A stretch of 64,000 bases of DNA from Camelus dromedarius (lineage: Eukaryota), in contig NC_087438.1 of assembly GCF_036321535.1 (NCBI RefSeq), positions 1,366,001 through 1,430,000 of the forward strand, written 5' to 3'. This document shows, in pieces, positions 35,461-46,722 of this stretch; position 1 is the first letter of the stretch, and each line of letters opens with the position of its first letter. The position numbers and the translations under genes are program-made. Under the pieces are notes generated by a model, which worked only from the letters and a program-made list of their open reading frames with translations, was not told the DNA's origin and made no database searches.

Positions 35461-35874
35461 GCTCTAAGTTACTTCAGTACTTAATTTCAACTGCATAGTA
35501 AAAATGTATAATTAAATATGCAAAATCTGTTTAAAATGAAAAAAAATTCTTGCATGTGTTTAGCATGTGTTTAAGTAAGGCTTTCAGGTCTGTCCTTTCC
35601 TTTATCATCATGTATTTCAGAGACATTCGAGGAAACTGAGGCTGGTTCTCGTGCCAGAATCAGTGGCCCCTTTGAGCTCCAGTAGGAATCTTTGAATCCA
35701 GTGCAGTGCTCTCTCCCTGCAGCAGGTCTGATCGGGGGAATAGTTCTGTTCCCCAAACACACACAGACAGAAGTGCCCAGGACAAGCCCACTGGGCTGCA
35801 AGTCCCAGGAGACAGTCGGGGAGGGCAGTCACCTGGGGGTGTCCTCACGGGTCTGCCTTCAAAACACACACATT

Positions 35875-36779
35875 GGCAAAGACATACAAATGGCCGAAAG
35901 GCACATGAAAAAATACTCAGTATCACTAATGATCAGAGAAATGCAAATCAAAACTGCAATGAGGTGTCATCTCACATCGGTCAGAATGGCCATCATTAAA
36001 AACTCCACAAAGAATAAATGCTGGAGAGGGTGTGGAGAAAAGGGAACCCTCTTACATTGCTGGTGGGAATGTAAACTGGTACAGCCACTGTGGAGAACAG
36101 TATGGAGATTCCTAAAAAAACTAAAGATAGAGTTACCCTATGATCCAGCAAGCCTACTCCTGGGCATATATCCAGAGGGAACTCTAATTTGAAAAGACAC
36201 CTGCACCCCAGTGTTCATAGCAACACTATTTACAATAGTCAAGACATGGAAATGGCCTAATTGTCCATTGACATATTATTGGGTAAAGAAGCTGTGGTAT
36301 ATGTATACAAAGGAATATTACTCAGCCATAAAAAAAGAATGAAATAATGCCATTTGCACCAACATGAATGGACCTGGAGATTGTCACTCTAAGTGAAGTA
36401 AGCCAGAAAGAGAAAGAAAAATACCATATGATATCACTCATATGTGGAATATAAAAAAAAAAAGTCACAAATGAACTCATTTACAAAACAGAAACAGACT
36501 CACAGACATAGAAAACAAACTCATGGTTACCAGAGGAGAAAGGGGGTGGGGAGGGATAAATTGGGAGTTTGAGATTTGCAGACACTAACTACTATATATA
36601 AAATAAGAAAACAAAAAGTTTATACTGTAGAGCACAGGGAACTATATTCAACATCTTGTAGTACCCTATAATGAAAAAGAATATGAAAATGAATGTATGT
36701 ATGTGCATGGAAGACTGAAACATGATCCTGTGCACCAGAAGTTGACACAACACTGTAAGCTGATTATACTTCGATAAAA
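35875..36779 (+). mobile_element. Young lineage-specific L1, 5'-truncated (ORF2 C-terminus plus 3'UTR)
   Basis: Translates to [26 protein letters not shown]...[25 protein letters not shown] (L1 ORF2 cysteine-rich domain). The 3'UTR is complete. Flanks aaaacacacacatt / aaaacacagacacact look like a TSD. Confidence 0.95.
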
Positions 36780-37849
36780 CACAGACACACTCGTTGTCAG
36801 CGAAGCTGCTGCATTTGCCAACGTTGACAAGAGGAGTTCTTTCCAAATGGTGAATTGTTCTGGAATATTCCATAATCCAGCAGCTGTTACCTAGTGAAAT
36901 GCTTCATCTTTGCACATTTTCCTCGTGAATGTCGAATGTCAGGCTCTTCTCAGACCAGACATTTCTAGCTGAGCCTGTTTCTGACTGTCTCCTGCCCACA
37001 GTCCATCCAGGCGGTGCCCTGCGGATTCTCCTGGCTTAGCCGTTTCCTGTGGACCGTGTGCTGGAAACTTCTGTGCAGTTTGCTGACCACCACAGCTTAA
37101 TCATGGTTCTCAATTCCTTTCGCTGCTTGAACAAGGTCACTTGGCTTTTAGAGGATATTTGATTCCCCATTTCTATGTCCCTCCATCCCAACCTCGGCTG
37201 ATTCTCTGAGGAACCCCTGTTCTGCACGACAGCCTTTGAGCTGTACTTACAATCGCCCCCCTGGGTCCTCACTCCATCCCTCCTGGCAGAAACTGACCCA
37301 GGTTCCATGGGAACTGCAGGAATGCACCCCTTCCCAGCACGACACCAAGGGACAAAGACGAGGGTGGGGCTGAGCGCCAGGGTCAGGAATGCCGGTCGTG
37401 GTTCCTGGTCCCAGCTTGACCACTTGCTCCTGAGAGAAGGAAGCAGGTTTACAGCGCTTGCCTTTGTCTGCCTTCTTGGCTGACTCCTGTCCCTGCTTGT
37501 GACCACGGTGCCACTCCACCCTGCTGGTCACAGCATGATGGACTGCTGGGAATGGCTTCCTGTTACACCGGTGTGCACACACGCCTGCACACGTATGCAC
37601 GAATGCACACTGGCCATCCCTCCCTGCCGGGCGTCCCGGGCCTCGGTCGTAGACTGTGTCCCCTGCAACAGTGCACATTTTCACAACCTTCAAACTTAGC
37701 TCTGAATGTCTTCGCCACCAAGTGGGGCTGCCAGACGACAAGGCTGTTAACGAGCTGGCAGCTCGGCACGTCGTTAGGGGCCCGCAGGCCGGCGGCTCGG
37801 GGCGGCTCAGGTGCTGGGAACAGATCGCCCCGTGCGCCTCGCGGGGCTG

Positions 37850-37928
37850 GGCAGGGGTGCTCTTCTTTCCCTGGGTTTCCCCCAAAGTGGTATCAGGAGT
37901 AGGTGCTTAATGATAATGAATTGAATTG
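37850..37928 (+). mobile_element. L2 3' terminus
   Basis: 'agtggtatcaggagtaggtgcttaat...tgaattgaattg'. Confidence 0.45.
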
Positions 37929-39240
37929 TTCTATCTAAAGTGGACGGACTGGCAGAATTCTGGAAACCGAGAGATCCCCGAAGCTGGCTAAGAAAACAAA
38001 AGTAATTGGGTTACACAGAGAAAATAAGATAAACATTCATTAAAATTACAGTGACGGCTGTGATGGAGGAGCGGGGAGCGGCGGCCCGTGTCCCGGCTGC
38101 AGGCACCGTTTTCTCCCCATTCTTGGCACGTCCACGGGGCTCTCGGCTTAGGGGAAAGGCCTCTGGTTTTCCCAAAGGTTCTTTTTTCTGCCTTTTCTTT
38201 TTTATTATCAGTTTTCAAAGATGTGGTCATGGAGCTTGGTGGAGAACACTTTGATCATCATCGCTGGTGTCTGTGATTCAGGACACCGGGAAGGAAAGCA
38301 GACCGCGCTCCAGGCAGAGGCGAGTCCAGGCACACCCTCTGTCCACCTGGTTGTCCTGCATGTTCTCGGGATAGAAGCAACTCTTACGACAACTTCTTGA
38401 AACCCAGAGACTCCGCTCGCTCACGGTGACACACGGAAAGGCCCCTGAGTGGGAGGGAGTGAGACCCAGTGGTCTCTCCACCCTAACTCGGGGGTGGGGG
38501 CTGCCCTGTACCTGGTTCATGGGAGTGTGGGTCTGTGCTCCCACCAGCTGCCCCTCAACCCTGAAACCATCAATGGAGGTTGGTGGGCAGCCCCAGCCCG
38601 GGGACAGCTCCCCACGGTGGGCCTGCTGCCCAGGAGGACAGCCGGAGCCTGCAGCAGCTGCCCAGGGGTCCCTGCTGTGAGCACGTGCCGTCAGCAGCGT
38701 CTGAGTTTTCTGTCCTAAAGAACATCGTGTGTTCCGCTTCCTCTTGAAAGTAGTGTCCACTTCATGCCTCTTCGATACCAAGGGATTTGGAGAAAGGCTG
38801 GGCTGGGACCGCGGACAGTTCCACACTTGACATCGGTATTTTATCTCCAGCTGCTGGTGAGAGGTTTTCCGCTGCTGAGCCCAGGAGGGGCCCCACCCGG
38901 CACGTCCGGCCCGTGGGCAGCGTGCAGGCATCTGCTTCTTACTTTAACACGAACTTGAATTTCTCAGCTATGCTTCCAGGTCCCGGGTCCGGGGAGTCAC
39001 TGACATCGTGGCTCATCCCCTGTGGCCAGCGTCCTGGAGGTGTGGCCCCAGGGCAGGCAGACGTGGCTCGGGCCTCCTTCTGCTGTTGAGGGCCTCTGGT
39101 GAGCCACCTGCTTGACGCGTTTTCTAGGTAAAACTCTCAGCTAATCTCTGCAGAGCCGCCAAGCCCTGGGCACAGGGAGTTACCCCCTCGCTGGGCTGTC
39201 TGCACAAATTTGTCTCATTGGAAACAGATGTTGAGGATGC

Positions 39241-39430
39241 AGGGTACTCAGTATAGTCCCCTGCGCTGTACAGTGGACACTCGTTTATCTGTTTTATGGA
39301 TCTCATAATAACTTACAGTGAAAACGAATGTGGAAAAGAATATGTGCACGTGCATGTGTGACTGAAACATTATGCTGTGCGCCAGAAGTTGACGCAACAT
39401 TGTAAACTGACTAGACTTAAAAAAAAAAAA
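39241..39430 (+). mobile_element. Short L1 3' end with inverted 5' segment (twin priming)
   Basis: 39241-39298 is antisense 3'UTR and 39300-39430 is sense 3'UTR plus poly-A. TSD agatgttgaggatgc / agactttggggatgc. Confidence 0.85.
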
Positions 39431-42400
39431 GACTTTGGGGATGCTACGAGGTGCGGGGACAGCCCCATGCGTGGCACCCGAGTGTGGCTCGCCCGTGTCA
39501 CAAAATGCAAATTTCACGCCCACCGTCCCTTTTTCATGCCTATGAAACGCACAGAGCTGCTTGTAACAAGACAAGGTAAATAATCACCAGAGGCACACTG
39601 GTCGGGAGGTCTCCCGGGGGGATCGGCCAGACTGGGAGCACGCGGAGCATTTGCCGTCCCGGCGGTGACAAAGGACGTCTGCCTGCGCGGCCACCGCACC
39701 GCGACAAGCCGCACTGTGCTTCCCTCCCGGGGGTCTCTGGGAGTGGATGCTGTGGGCATTCTGAGTCTGGTCTGTTGTTCCTGCCCCTGTGAGGTCGGGT
39801 GCACCATTGTCCCGAAGGCGGGGTGCTCGGGGACCCCTCTATGAGGGGGCTGATAACGTGAAGGAGTATTTCAAAATAAACACATACAAGCACTATTTGG
39901 GCTTTTTCAGGATCTTCTAAGGAAGGCCGCGTGCCTACCCCACAGGCGTTGTTTTGCGATCACTTGCCTGGAAAACTGGAGCTCCAGCTTGAATGGTCAT
40001 ATATCTAAGCCGCAACTCGTTTGTGCATAATTTGCTTCCATTATGTTTAGTCTTAGGCGGCAATTTATGAATCAAACCCCGAGCTTCATTTTTCACGGCC
40101 CGGCTGCCCTCCCAAGGTCGGATGGGGCACGCTGGCTCCAGGCACAGAGGGGCGGCCCCCGGAACCTGCAGACGGCTGGGCGGCCCTCTCTCCTCCGCCA
40201 ACCTCGGGCTGTGCTGACGGCCAGCGCGGGGACATCCCTTGTACCTGGGGGGGGGGGGCTGCGACAGAGTCCCTGGGTGGGGGACGCGGGGCTGCACGAT
40301 TATTCTTCTGCGTTAAAAAGGCAGGTGCTCGGAGGGAAAACCAGATGTCAGGAGGTTGGAAGCTGCACCAGCACCTGGGGCTGGGTCGTGTCCTTGAAGG
40401 GCCAGAGGTGGTGCCCGGAACCGGAGGCCACGGGCCTGGACAGTCTTGGACTTATCCGTTGGCCGTGTGTCCCGGCTCCTCTGCTGGACTTGTCGCAGAC
40501 TCAGTGATGTTGCATCCCTGAGGCACCTGCACATTGGCTGCTCATCACCACTGTTGTGCAGACGGGGAAACGCCACCTGTGGGGACGATGGCTGATGTCA
40601 CTGTCACTATTCTCCGTCAAGAACAGGGGATAAAGCAGCACTTTTGTAAGAATCCATCTAAAAAGAGAACAGTCTATAACTCCTCGAATGACGGTCGGCC
40701 TTAGGGCTGATTCAGGAAGGAAGATGCACCTCCATCCGTGTCCCTGTCGTGGCTCTGCGGCCGGCGGGGCCCCCAGCACCACCCGGGGCGCCCGCTCATG
40801 CGCTGGGCTCTGAAGTGACAGGTCTGCGGTAAACTTGTCTGCCCTGAGAGACGCCCACCTTTCCCTCGCCCTCACTGTGTCATCCCTGTCTGTCTCCTGG
40901 AGCTGAGACTCCAGCGTGTTTCTCAGTTGATGGGGACAAATGTTGACACCGCCAGGCCACAGAACCTCCAGAGAGTGGGGTGAGGAGGCCCTGGACCGTG
41001 GCCTCAGCCTCCACACAGATGGAGTGATGGACGCGCTCGTCTGGCCGTGGCCACGAGAAGGCTCCTTGGAATGCCACCTGTGACCTGGAGCGTGCGGTTC
41101 CTGAGCCGGGTTCTTGTCCCTGCTATTTCCATCAAGCACCTGCAGATCTCGGGGCTGGAGAGCGGGCCTCCCTTCCGCTCTGCTGCTTCTTGAGCGGATG
41201 CCCTGACTGCAGCTGGAGAGGAGGTGGTGTGAGCCTCTCGGCTTGTCCGTCCATTTGAGGCGGTGGGAGGAGGCGGGGAGGGCTGGAGGGGGCAGTGCCC
41301 ATCGAGGGCACAGGGGAAGGTGGAGGAGATCAGACGTCCTCAGAGCCCCCGTCCCGCCAGCCCCAATGCACCTCACCCGAGGGTCCTTCCAGGGATGGGA
41401 GGACAGACCCCTTGATTCCCTCCCTGGTCCACAGGACCCTCAGCTCAAACCAACCAACCACAAGTTCATGGCAGAATGAAGCCCTGAGATTCCAGGAACG
41501 AAAGGACCAGAGGCCCAAACTGCTGTAGTGGAAGCCCCTCGTGGCTCAGCGCGGGCCCCTCCTCTCCAGGATGCAGCCCCTGGGGACGCTCCACGTGCTC
41601 GGACCCTGGGATGTTGTCCCAACACGCGAGCCCTCCCTCCCTCCCCCATCTTTCCCGAGAGCCGCGCGTGGCCCCGGAGGGACACCCCCCCCGTCAGGGA
41701 TCAGCAGGGGCCCGCTGGCCAGGCGGGGGCCTCTCCTCGTGCGCGGGGTCTCACTCTTTTTTCTCCCACCCACCTCCCCGTGAGTCTTCAGGCTATCAGT
41801 GTCCTTAGGTGTCCTGGACCCTCATCACATAATGCAAAGCCTGGTGTTAATTTCAGCCACTACATCCCTGTGGGATGTCAGCTACCAGCCCCGCACTGTC
41901 CCTGGAGCGGCGCCTGCCTTATCCCTGCGTATGGATGGGGGAGCTGCCCGCCCTGCCCTTCAGAGTGAGGGGTGCTGGGACCTCCGGTCTGGGGATGGGG
42001 TCTTGGCGTCCAGACCTAGCTTCCTCTGCAGCCCAGGCTGTCACCCCCGGCGTGGCTGCTGTCCTGTTAAGAGAGCTGCTGTGACTTTGTATTAAAAAAG
42101 TTCATCATTTTACAGACAAGCCCTCACATCTGTTAGAACCCCGCAGGGTCACCTCCCGGAACAGCCTCTCCCTGAAAGCGGGGTGAGATCCAGCAGCCTC
42201 AGTCTGGGATCTAAGACTTGCGAACTTCTCTGGGGGGTGGGGGGAGCCATAAGCCACACCCGGGATGACCACGTGTGCCTCCGGCTGAGAGGGAGAGCCG
42301 GGCGTCTCCACGACCGTCCTGGCCTGATGTCAGAACTGAGAGTGGCTGCCCGGAGGCCGGTCTCTGTGGCTGCAGATCCGGCCCCTCCCAGGACCCCTCG

Positions 42401-44089
42401 TCGGGGCAACGAGATGGTGGGAGGAGGGGCCTCGGCATCAGACAGACCCAGGCTGACGGCGCGGCCCAGCCGTGTGGCAGTGGGCCTGTCGCTCGACTTC
42501 TTCCAGCCTCTGTGCTCTCCCCGATACACGGAGGACAGGAGCCCCCACCCCTGTGTCCGTGACTGTCACTGAAGGCGGACAAGCCCACTGCTCTTTGCGG
42601 CACCAGGTGGTGCTCAGTGATGGGCGGCTGTGACTGGAAACTTCATCATCGCAGACCCACAGGGCGAGAGGCTGGGCAGGACCTCGGGGCTCGGCCGAGT
42701 GCCCCACAGGAGGCAGGTGCCTCCTCCGTGCCCCTGACAGATGGTGATTCCAGGAGCCCCCCCGGCATCAGGTGGGAGCAGGCAGGTGTCTGGACGGAGG
42801 GGCTCAGGGCTCCGTGGGGGTGGGTCCCCACTGCTGGGGAGCCAGGTGTCTCAGCCCCGTTTGAAGGTCACCTGCTCTCTGCCCGCCGCTCTTCCAGGTG
42901 TTGCTGAGCTGTAACATCTGGCGGCAAAGCCCACGTGGGTCCCGGTCATCCATTGTTCTGCGGCTGCCGGTGAGGCTGGAGATGAGAGGACGGGGCTGGA
43001 TGGGGCTGGATGGGGCGCCGGGATGGAGAGGGCAGTCCTGCGGTCACGGCTGGCCCTGCACTGACAGTGTGCTCAGGGTGCGGTGGTGCCCGGGCAGCAC
43101 CTTCCCAGAGTGGGACCCATCTTTGTTTTGCCTGCTTTTCTCCTGAGCCCCTCTCTCCAGAGCCCAAGCCGGTCCTTGCACCTCCCCACCCCACAGCCGG
43201 GCCTCATGCTCCGGACCCTGGGGTGGGTGGGCGCCAGCAGCAGCTGCCAGCTCACAGCCACGCCTCCCTCCACCGTCCCCTCCCAGGTCACCTGCCCCCA
43301 GCCGAGCTGCAGGGCCACTGCCGGGGCCACGCAGCTCAACCCACAACCCTCGGGCGGACTGCACGCAGCCTGGCCGGTCCCCACCCTGTCTTCAGCCTGT
43401 GTCCGGCCACCTGTCTGTCTGCTTCCCACGGCAGACTTTTCTGCAGACCACACAGCCCTGGAGCTGCAGGAACGTCTGTTCTGTCTGTTCATTCATCACG
43501 AAGTCTGTTTGGCTGATAAGTCACTGTTCCCCTCGCGTTCCAGCCATCACCATACCCACAGTTAAAAATGTTTGTCACAGGTGGGGGCTTCCCTCAGGGA
43601 GACTGTGTGGAAACTGGGCTGTCTGTCTACACGCTGGAGGGGTCCTCCCTCAGCCCTCAGTTGCTCCCCGTGTCCTGGGCCCTTGGCACCTTGCATTTTC
43701 TGGCTCTCTCTGCTCCTAAGCCTCTGGGTCTGTTTGATTTTAATCAGAACCAGGAACAGCGACTTGACAGCGTGTCCCTGTCACTGGGGCCTAGATGTGG
43801 GCAGAAGGACGCAGGGTCAGAGGGGAGCCTGTCCTTCTGTGACTGGAGGCCCCAGGACAGGGGTTCACAGCCCCTGAGGCCGTCGGGCCTCCTCACCTGG
43901 GACAGGCGTCCAGGAGGGCCGTCACTGGGGCTGAGGTTTGCAGACTCATGCTCTTCTGGACAACGGTAACTGCTTGACAGTTAATAGGACTTACATCTCT
44001 CGACTTCAGAGAGTGAAGCAACTTAAAGAGCAGAGCAAAGCAAGCTGTCTCTGGCAAAGAGAAGACATCCCAAGCCTAAAGCATGAAAT

Positions 44090-44270
44090 GAACATCCCAC
44101 CGAGCCCGCCTCTGACTCCCGGGCCTGCCGTCCGCGCCGCGGGGCCCCCGGGCTTCCCACCGCCTTCCAGGCCGCACGCCGGAGGCAGGAGGGGCGGCCC
44201 GCCTGGGGCCCGGCCCCGCGCCTGAGAACGCAGGACGGCCGCCAGGCGGGGCCTCCCCGGCTCCCCCACC
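44090..44270. promoter_or_regulatory. Small CpG island-like patch
   Basis: Very dense CpG and GC boxes. Confidence 0.45.
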
Positions 44271-46629
44271 CCCACCCCAAGGTGCCATTCTCGTCTGCGC
44301 AAGGTTCTCTGCGTCTCCCAGATGCCAGGGGGCCCTCGGAGACACCTCCTTCAAGCCCCAGGAACTCCCTTCAGAAAACCTGGCCCCTGGAGACAATGAC
44401 CAGGTGGATTCTGACCCTTAGCCTGCCGTTTGCGGGCTGAGACAGGAGGACGATGGAAAGGCGCCCAGCCCCGTGCCCTCCGTCCCCAGGGGCAGTGGGT
44501 GGAGGGAGGGTTTCCCTGATCTGGATCGTCTGCAATGGGTGGGAAGTTGTCAATATTTATGATTATTTCTTTCATCCTAAGCAAACCAAAGATTTCTGTG
44601 TCAAACGCTGGGTTGTGTACTTACAAGCTTACCTGTGAGTCTCACTCCCTGTGCTCCAACCCCTGGGGAGGCGCAGCGAGAGCAGAAGTCGCCTTGGGGG
44701 GGAGCCCTGAGTGAGAAATCTCAGGACTCCCATAAAGACGGCCGCCCAGCACCCTGCCCAACATCCTGAGCGAGTCCTCCCGGGTCCCCGCGGGGCCCCA
44801 GGTGTCGAGCAAAGTGGAGACCGTCCCCGAGAATTTCACTTCTTTAAGCCCCAGGTGCCTTCACGTCCCACAGCCTTGCACCCAGCCCCCTGGAACTTTG
44901 TCACAAAGCTCTGGCCATCGGGATCATGAAAACACCCGCTTTTTCCCCGAAAATGTGCCCACATTGCAGAGCGAGTGTTGGTCTCACAAAGGAGGGCACA
45001 GCTGCCCTTTCCCTGCTCACACCTGGAGTAGGACGCTGTGGCCACGGTCTGCACGGCAGCCCCTCAGACACACCTGGGCTCCGTCACCGACCACCCACGG
45101 AGCCGGCCCAGGTCCGAGTCCTCCGGGCTGGGGGGGCTCCATCCTCACAGGGGTCTGGGCTGTGCCCACCTCACCTACCCACTGTAACTCGTTTTGCAGC
45201 TTTGGTCCAGAAGCCTCAGGGACAGATCCAAAAGCAGAGTCAGTCCTTCCTGAAGCAGGGGCCATTGCTACTGGCCCTTCGGTGATGCCCACCTGACCTG
45301 CCCAGAGCCCCGCTCGGCCGGCACCGATGTTCCCAGAGTCTCCCAAGGCCCCATCGTCTGAGACGCTCCAATGGAAGCCGCCTCTCGGGCACCCCGAGGG
45401 AAGATGGGCTAGAGCGAGGGTCCTGGAGTGCAAAGCCCACTTTGTCGGGGCAGCAAAGAGGCCTCCTGGTCCTTCGTGAGACACTCAGAAAAGCTTGAGC
45501 TCTCAGAGCTCAGGGTCCCTGGGGAAGATTCGTAAAGGTACTTGTCCCGGAGCAGACTCCAAACAAGGAATTCACCTTCGCTTAGCCACTTACGTAGGGT
45601 CCATCGCAGCCTTCCAGGTCGCGCTGGGCTTGAAGGGACGCCTGGCGAACGGACCCCGCGCCAAGCCAGCCTGCCGGGAGTGGGAGGCCCTCGCCCACAG
45701 GCTTCCTGGCGGGACAGCGCTGAGACGGCGTTTCGGTTCAGGTCACTGAGGAACTGCGTCCTGGCTGAACGCACTGCACCCGGGGCTTTATGGGAGACAG
45801 GTGGTGAGCCAGCGAGCCCCGTCCCACGCCCCACCCTGGCTTTGGTGAAGTGATTCTCGGGCATGGCAGGTGGGCGTAAGTTGGGGTGTAGGGCCAGGGA
45901 CTTTGATTCAGACACACTCGCCCGCTTCCTGGGGACCTGCGACGTAGCAAGTCCTAAAGCCACTGACCCTGTCTTGCCATCCACGTTCAGCAAACGGTGC
46001 TCACTGGAGAGATGGTTACCTGCAAATGCTTCTCAAACTTCAAACAGACGTCAGCCCTGTAATTTAGGAAGCTTATCCTCGGCCATTGTCCTGGTTTCCT
46101 GTGAGGAGACATCGGGCACTACGGCTCTCCCTTTCCCTGGACTTGAGGACTGAGCCGTGTCCTGCCCCATCCCGGGGGCACGTGCTCCTGACATTGAGTG
46201 GATGGGGTGGAGATAGGCTCCCAGGTCAGGAGCTCCGACCGTACGTACCTGCTCAGGTCTCCTGCGGGCCTGACCGTGGCCCGCCGCTCTCTGCCGCGTC
46301 CTGGGGTTCCCGCTGGACTCCTGCCACTGGAGCGGATAACAGGGGTCCACAAACCACCACGAACACGCCCCGCTGGGTACCCACGGGGTCGCTTCGTCGC
46401 CCGCCAGCACTGCAGAAACGCGTCTCAGAGGCAGTTGCGAGCACTTTGCATCCTCTTCTGGTTTCTGACCTGGAAGGGCAGCCCCGGGGCGGCTCTCAGG
46501 GGCCCAGGAGCCACCGCGTCCCTGGACAGTTTCCTGCTGGCTTGTCACCGCTGGGTCTGGCAAACAGGCTGACCACCTGGGGGACACCGAGGGCCATGGT
46601 ACATGGGTTTTCTCTGACATTCGTTGTTT

Positions 46630-46722
46630 TGAAAGAAAGAAAGAAAGAGAGAGAGAGGAAGGAAGGAAGGACGGAAGAAGAAAAGAAAGGAAGAAAAATA
46701 AGAAAGAAAGAGAGAGAGAAGG
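46630..46722. repeat. Polypurine (GAAA/GA/GGAA) tract
   Basis: Direct observation. Confidence 0.9.

Noticed and set aside
35692..36192. 166-aa ORF with a cysteine-rich motif
   Set aside because: L1 ORF2 remnant, not a host gene; the same applies to 61959-62285
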